Translations under genes and position numbers: made by a program | The notes under the pieces: generated by a model | Databases searched by the model: none | What the model saw: the letters and a program-made list of their open reading frames with translations, nothing else | What the model was told of the DNA's origin: nothing | Shown: positions 59,185 to 64,000 of the stretch, one piece after another | Position numbering within the stretch: the stretch's first letter is position 1 | Layout of the letters: the number at the start of each line of letters is the position of its first letter | Assembly (NCBI GenBank): GCA_905178155.1 | Contig: CAJINV010000004.1 | Coordinates: 876,629 to 940,628, forward strand | Length of the DNA stretch: 64,000 bases | From: Amoebophrya sp. A120 | Taxonomy: Eukaryota > Protista > Dinoflagellata | Direction of reading: 5' to 3'

Positions 59185-62051
59185 TCATCTTCGCATCTCT
59201 GCCATTTCCCGCTGTTCTCGCATTGTTCGTGCGTGCAAAACCTTCGCGTCGGAGAGCAAGGAACAAGACCCAGCACCAGCTGCCGTAGTTGTACGAGGGC
59301 CACTGCCTCTATTTTTACTGTTCCCCGACAGAAGCGACGTCGAAGTAGAGGAGGTGGGTGCCAGTTGTGATTCATGACTATGCAGCAGCGTGTACAAGTT
59401 GCCTGAGGTAACCGCGAAGCTGTGTAAAACCTCGGCATCCTTCGCTTCCTGCCGCTGTTTCCGCTTCTGCTTCTCCTCTTCCTCTTTTTGCCTCCGCAAC
59501 CCGATGCGTGCTTTAATCGCGGCGAGATCGACGGTGGTGCCGAAATTGTTGATCATCTGGATAAAGTTGTAGCCCGGGATGCTCGGGGACAGAAGGGCTT
59601 TTGAGGCAGTAGTTCCATTTGTTGCGCCTGTTTCGGCGTCGACGTGGTCCTTGATCTGATTTATCAGCTCCTCTGAGGTGGAGCTCCTGTGAAGATCTCC
59701 AACAACTTCTACCGTCTCACAGCACGATGCAGCCGAAAAGTCTATTCTGCGCGCAGTCGTGAAGGCTCCTGCTTCATCTTCCGCAGGTGCTGTGTTGTGC
59801 CGGCTGGTGACGAGAAATGAGGAGTTCGTCTCTGATTGTTCTGGGACGAGAACTTGAGCTTCATCTTTCATCTGCCCACCCGACGTCGTGAAGGATTCGG
59901 AAGACGAATCAGAACGAGACTCTTCGTTTTTCGTCATTTTGATTTTCCACTTTCGGTAACTTCGTCGAATTTCCACGAGGTTGTACTGGTCTGCGAAATC
60001 GTCATTTGGTTCGCGGCGAAGTAAATGACGCTCGTGCATTTCCTCGGGCGCTCGCTTCGTTCCAACAAAACAAGAAGAAGAAGAAGAGGAACCACTCCTC
60101 ATCTGGCGCTTTATTTCTGCAGCTGCGTGGTCATCCACTTGTCGCGAAACCAGCTCGCTCCGTGGGTTGTACGCAGAAAGAACTACAGGCGTGCGCGACG
60201 AGGACAACATCATCCCATTCCCACCGCCACCATTCACAACTTCGTACACGCTGAGTTCGTGTTTCCTATGCTCGCTGGCCCGCGTGTTGTCCAAAACGCT
60301 CCTATGCATTGCAAGAAAGTATCGCACTCGTATAAATGCATTACAAATTTCCTCAGCATGAAAAACAAAATTTGTAATGCTGATTTGCCTTAGCAAGATG
60401 ATTTGTAATGCATAACTGCAATTATACGAGTACGATACTTTTGCACAGGATAGCTCCATGCGTAGTACAAAACGAAGAAGCAGTATCACGAGAAAGAAGT
60501 GTTACAGTTACACATTTGTTGGAGTTTCTGCATCACAAATTTTCTCTGTGTGGCAGAGAAAACTTGTAATGCGAAAATCATAAGGGAAAACAGCAAGGAA
60601 ACGAGGCTCCGAAGCATTTCCTGCATGAGGAAGGTTGTCTCAGTTGCCAGTTTTGCATGACAATGTGTAACTGTAACACTTTTTTCTTGTGATAAGCAGC
60701 CCGCGAGGGAGACCAGCACCCCGCGCATCTCCGACTTCGCCTCCGCGTCTTCCGTATCAAATGCAAAAATGTCTGGGTCTGGAAGATTGCAACTTGTCAT
60801 GCTGTCTTTAGATTCCACAAAAGTCTGTATTGCCTGACCGGCAAAAGGAGTCCAGTTTGTGCTACTCGGAGAGGGCATTTCTCATGCGGAATACGCACCA
60901 GAAAGCCCTCTCAAAATCTGTGATGCTAGGCCATGCATTACAGCCATAATGCGTCATGCAAATTATGCATGACAAACCTGGCACTCTTCCAGACCCAGAC
61001 ACTTTTGCAATTCATATTCCGCTGCGATAGCCGCTTCGCACGCTCGTCTCTGCTTCTCCTCAATGTTCTGGCTGCGGAGCAGGTCCTCCACGGACATGGT
61101 GGATCTGGCACCACTACTAGCATTTTTCCTCTCGGCCTGCTGTGCTGTGTTCGATGAATCATGATCCTGGTCCTGAAATGAACTAGTCCCACTTGTTCTT
61201 CCCCAAGAACTTCTACGCGACCTCGTGGCTCTTTGCTCGTTCTCCGAGCTCAGCATCTGCTTCTGGAATCTCTCTTCCTCGTCGAGCAGCTTCAACGCTT
61301 CCTGGTACTGTTTTTTCATCTCCACAAATGCTGCGGTCGTGCTTTGCTCGCTTCCGTTTTTGGTAGGATTTTTTGCGTGGTATTGTACCAGATCCGGATG
61401 CAGCTTTTTTGACTTCGCGAAGTACGCCTTTTTCAGCAGCCTGCGGTCGACTTTGTCCACGCCGAAACCCGTTTTCAGTAAAAACGCCAGTCGCTTCCGA
61501 CGCACCATAGCGGGCATGCTGTCGGTGCTGCCGGGCGAATTGTGGTGCTGCTGGTCATGCCGTGCTGCTGAAGCTGTAGTGAAGAAAACCCGCCGGAGGT
61601 CTGGTGCTCCTCGGTGTACTAGTCCTGTCCTTCCCCTGCTAGTTGTATCAGGTTCGTGCCGAAACACCTGGTGCTGAAGACCCGTACTGCTACTAGAGGA
61701 GGACGACGAGCATGTGCTTCTTGGAATTGCCCGCGGTAGAGAGGACGAGAGGCAACTGTAGCCCTGGAGGTGCTGTGCTGGAGCTGCCAAGAGCCCTGGT
61801 CGGAGCTGCACTACCTTCAGGCGGGTGGCAAAGGGGTTTCGGTGAATGTGCTGGGCAGTCGAGGTGCTGGGCGCGCTACGAAATAGTACACCAACCGCGA
61901 GGTGCTCGGACATGTGTGACTGGCAGTTGCTGGGTGTCCGTTTGCTCTGGAATACTTCCGATTCAGAGCAATTGCGATAATGTTGCCCTTTGACAGAGCT
62001 GTCAACCAGAGAGGTTGAGCTGCTCCGTCTGCGGCGCAAGATCGCCATCAT
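59185..62051 (-). CDS. J-domain (DnaJ-type) membrane protein, 4 exons, ~742 aa
   Basis: LKKAYFAKSKKLHPD...AFVEMKKQYQEAL. Spliced TM segment GVLVSLAGCFFVLYYAWSVL; Arg/Ser-rich N-terminus; three introners. Confidence 0.78.
60303..60452. mobile_element. Introner family A
   Basis: DR gctcc. Removing 155 nt is in frame. Confidence 0.92.
60484..60694. mobile_element. Introner family H (TATCAC.AGAAA.AAGTGTTACAGTTACACATT)
   Basis: 33-bp IR; DR agcag. Removing 216 nt is in frame. Confidence 0.92.
60755..61016. mobile_element. Introner family B
   Basis: DR ttccg. Removing 267 nt gives AAEDAEAKS. Confidence 0.92.
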
Positions 62052-63453
62052 TCACGGTAGAAAAACCTCGCAGTTTAGACGGAAGAACCACAGGTCACTT
62101 TGTAAAAAGAAGTAGGCAGGCGAAGGATTTAAGTACTTATTTTCGTGAAGGACCGAAGGACGACGCAAGAAGATGCTACTCGTGCTTAGTCCAAAACCGA
62201 CACTTCCGCCTGGCAAAAGTACAAGCGCCACCCGTACTACTTTTATTTCAACCGATCTCCAACTATCATGAACGTTTTACGCACGACACATCCACGTGAC
62301 CACGACTCATTCAGCGCATAACAGCATTTAGATGATTCTTGGCCGAAGAACATCATGATCATGCAACATAGGTCAAGAAGATGCTGCGACGGTGACTGTA
62401 ACCGCGACAGCACTCTTAGTCCGCATGGTGTCAATCAACGACACGAATGTGGTTTAAACTTTTTTTTTCTTTCCAACCAAAATCAAACATGTGCGTGCGA
62501 TATTTTTTGTCTCGTAGTTCTATGAGAGGAGCAAGAGATGTTTTTCGCAGTACTAACCCATAGATATTATTATCACCCTTCTTTCCCGATTTTCCCAAAT
62601 TTGTTAGCTGCTAAAAAATGACAACTGATTTTTCCGATTATTTGTGTAAAAATCTGATGACCTTATTTCAGTGGGGTATAGTGTATTCTAATTTTTTATT
62701 TTAGGGTATCTATAAAATTTTCAACCAAAGTCGTCCGTCCTGCTTTCTAGTCCTCCTGAGTAGAATTTTAACCACGTTTTGCACGTGACACTACTGCGCT
62801 ACAATCTTCTTACACCGGCAGGCGGACTCTACTTCCACACATAGTTGTGATTTGTTTTATGCATTGAAACCGAAACGTCCTATGTCGTATGTATATGATC
62901 TTCATCCCATACCCCGTAATTTTATCAGCATGCTTGCTTCTTTCCTCTGATAGTATGTTTTCATCCCATGAAGTAGACGATTATCCGCTATGCAAATGCC
63001 GTGATTTTAACAAGTTGGATAAACGAGAAACTGAATATTGTATTTATTCAAACAAAACATGGGCAATTCAAGGTGAGTCTATCCTTCTAGAGGCTGTTGT
63101 GATGTTACAGAGAGCTGCTCACCAAAAATGGCGAACAGCTGATCTTCGCACCACCGGCTCTTGCAGAGATTCATCTCGACGGCCGCCAGCATGATCATAA
63201 CCTCCAAAAACGAAAGTAGACAACTACACCAATGCCGATTTATTTTGACGTACTGTCTTAACCACCCTATTGAATTGCCTCGATTGAGTTCTGACGGTCG
63301 CGTAGTATGGTGTGTTGGTTTCTTTTTGAAGTTAAAGTTTTCTGAAACATCATGACGAGATGATGATTGTTTGCTGCGCATGTACAACATCTTTGAACTT
63401 CTCTCGAATATCTAGAGAGCCTAATTTCGTACATCTGTCCAACTAACCGTGAT

Positions 63454-63984
63454 TTATTGGGTCCCAAAGGGCCGCATCTGCGCAGCGAAATCCACAAATC
63501 CGAGTCGGCGGGACTGGCTGCCGGCGAACCGCTGCCAGAGCAACTCGATCTCCTTGGTCCGCACGTTCCGCTGCTCCAGGATGGCTTTTTGGAAGTCCAG
63601 GAAGGAGATGTATCCCTTGTCGTCCGACATCAGGAGGAAGGCGTCCAGCAGCGCGGTATATCCTGTGCAAAAGTATCGTACTAGTAGTAATCCTAATCGC
63701 AGTCATGCATTACAAATTCTCTTCTTAAGGTAAACCCGCATCACAAATTTTATTTCCCATGCTGAGAAAATTTGTCATGCGATTCATACTAGAACGATAT
63801 TTTTGCAGTTCATACGGTAGACAGCGCGTCCACGTCCATCATGAGCATTTTCCGGAACCGCTCCGTGTCCTCGGCCGCGTCGATTGCGAACTTCAAGTAC
63901 TGCTTGATTTTGTGCTTCTGGGTCAAGGTCAACCGGAACTCCGTGTCACGGTCGTCGCCGATCAGGTTGCAGCGGAAGGGCGTG
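63454..63984 (-). CDS. 3' end of an EF-hand-like protein gene (starts beyond the window)
   Basis: Spliced ...MDVDALSTALLDAFLLMSDDKGYISFLDFQKAI...EIELLWQRF...LGFVDFAAQMRPFGTQ*. Confidence 0.72.
63659..63814. mobile_element. Introner family A
   Basis: DR cggta. Removing 161 nt is in frame. Confidence 0.92.
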
Positions 63985-64000
63985 TGTCAACTGTAAAAGT
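63985..64000. mobile_element. Start of a further introner (family B-like), cut by the window edge
   Basis: tgtcaactgtaaaagt resembles tatcaagtgtaaaagt and places an in-frame stop immediately upstream of the exon. Confidence 0.55.

Noticed and set aside
1-64000. Dinoflagellate spliced-leader relics, tRNA or rRNA genes
   Set aside because: No CCGTAGCCATTTTGGCTCAAG-like match or tRNA/rRNA signature seen by eye; tRNAscan or Infernal would be needed to exclude them.

Overview
Eukaryotic, gene-dense nuclear DNA, most likely from a parasitic syndinian dinoflagellate of the Amoebophrya type. This assignment is inferred from gene content, one-strand gene clustering and intron architecture. All 13 genes I can support lie on the minus strand: a Lys/Met-rich repeat protein (partial), a large type-B carboxylesterase, UBL-RPS27a, RPB6, a TPT/SLC35 transporter, a PMP34-like carrier, TRM61, SF3A2, a 2663-aa EF-hand-like protein, a calmodulin/myosin-light-chain-like protein, eEF3, oligopeptidase A and a J-domain protein. 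A 14th, partial EF-hand gene sits at the right edge. The dominant non-obvious structure is 25 complete (plus 1 partial) MITE-like 'introner' insertions inside coding exons. Each has TAT...ATA-type inverted termini and a 5-bp target-site direct repeat, and removing the element plus one repeat restores the frame and conserved motifs in every case I traced, mostly without GT-AG. About nine terminal-repeat families are present. They share an internal GCAT(G/T/C)ACAA motif, family A occurs in both orientations, and some copies appear to be converting to GT-AG introns. Other notable items are a 722-nt highly structured RNA-like insertion with a 15-bp TSD nested in one introner, a 5'-truncated RNase H LINE with a 1.6-kb structured 3' UTR, an intron bounded by a 38-bp exon duplication, and several MITEs. 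All gene models were assembled by eye and need RNA-seq confirmation.
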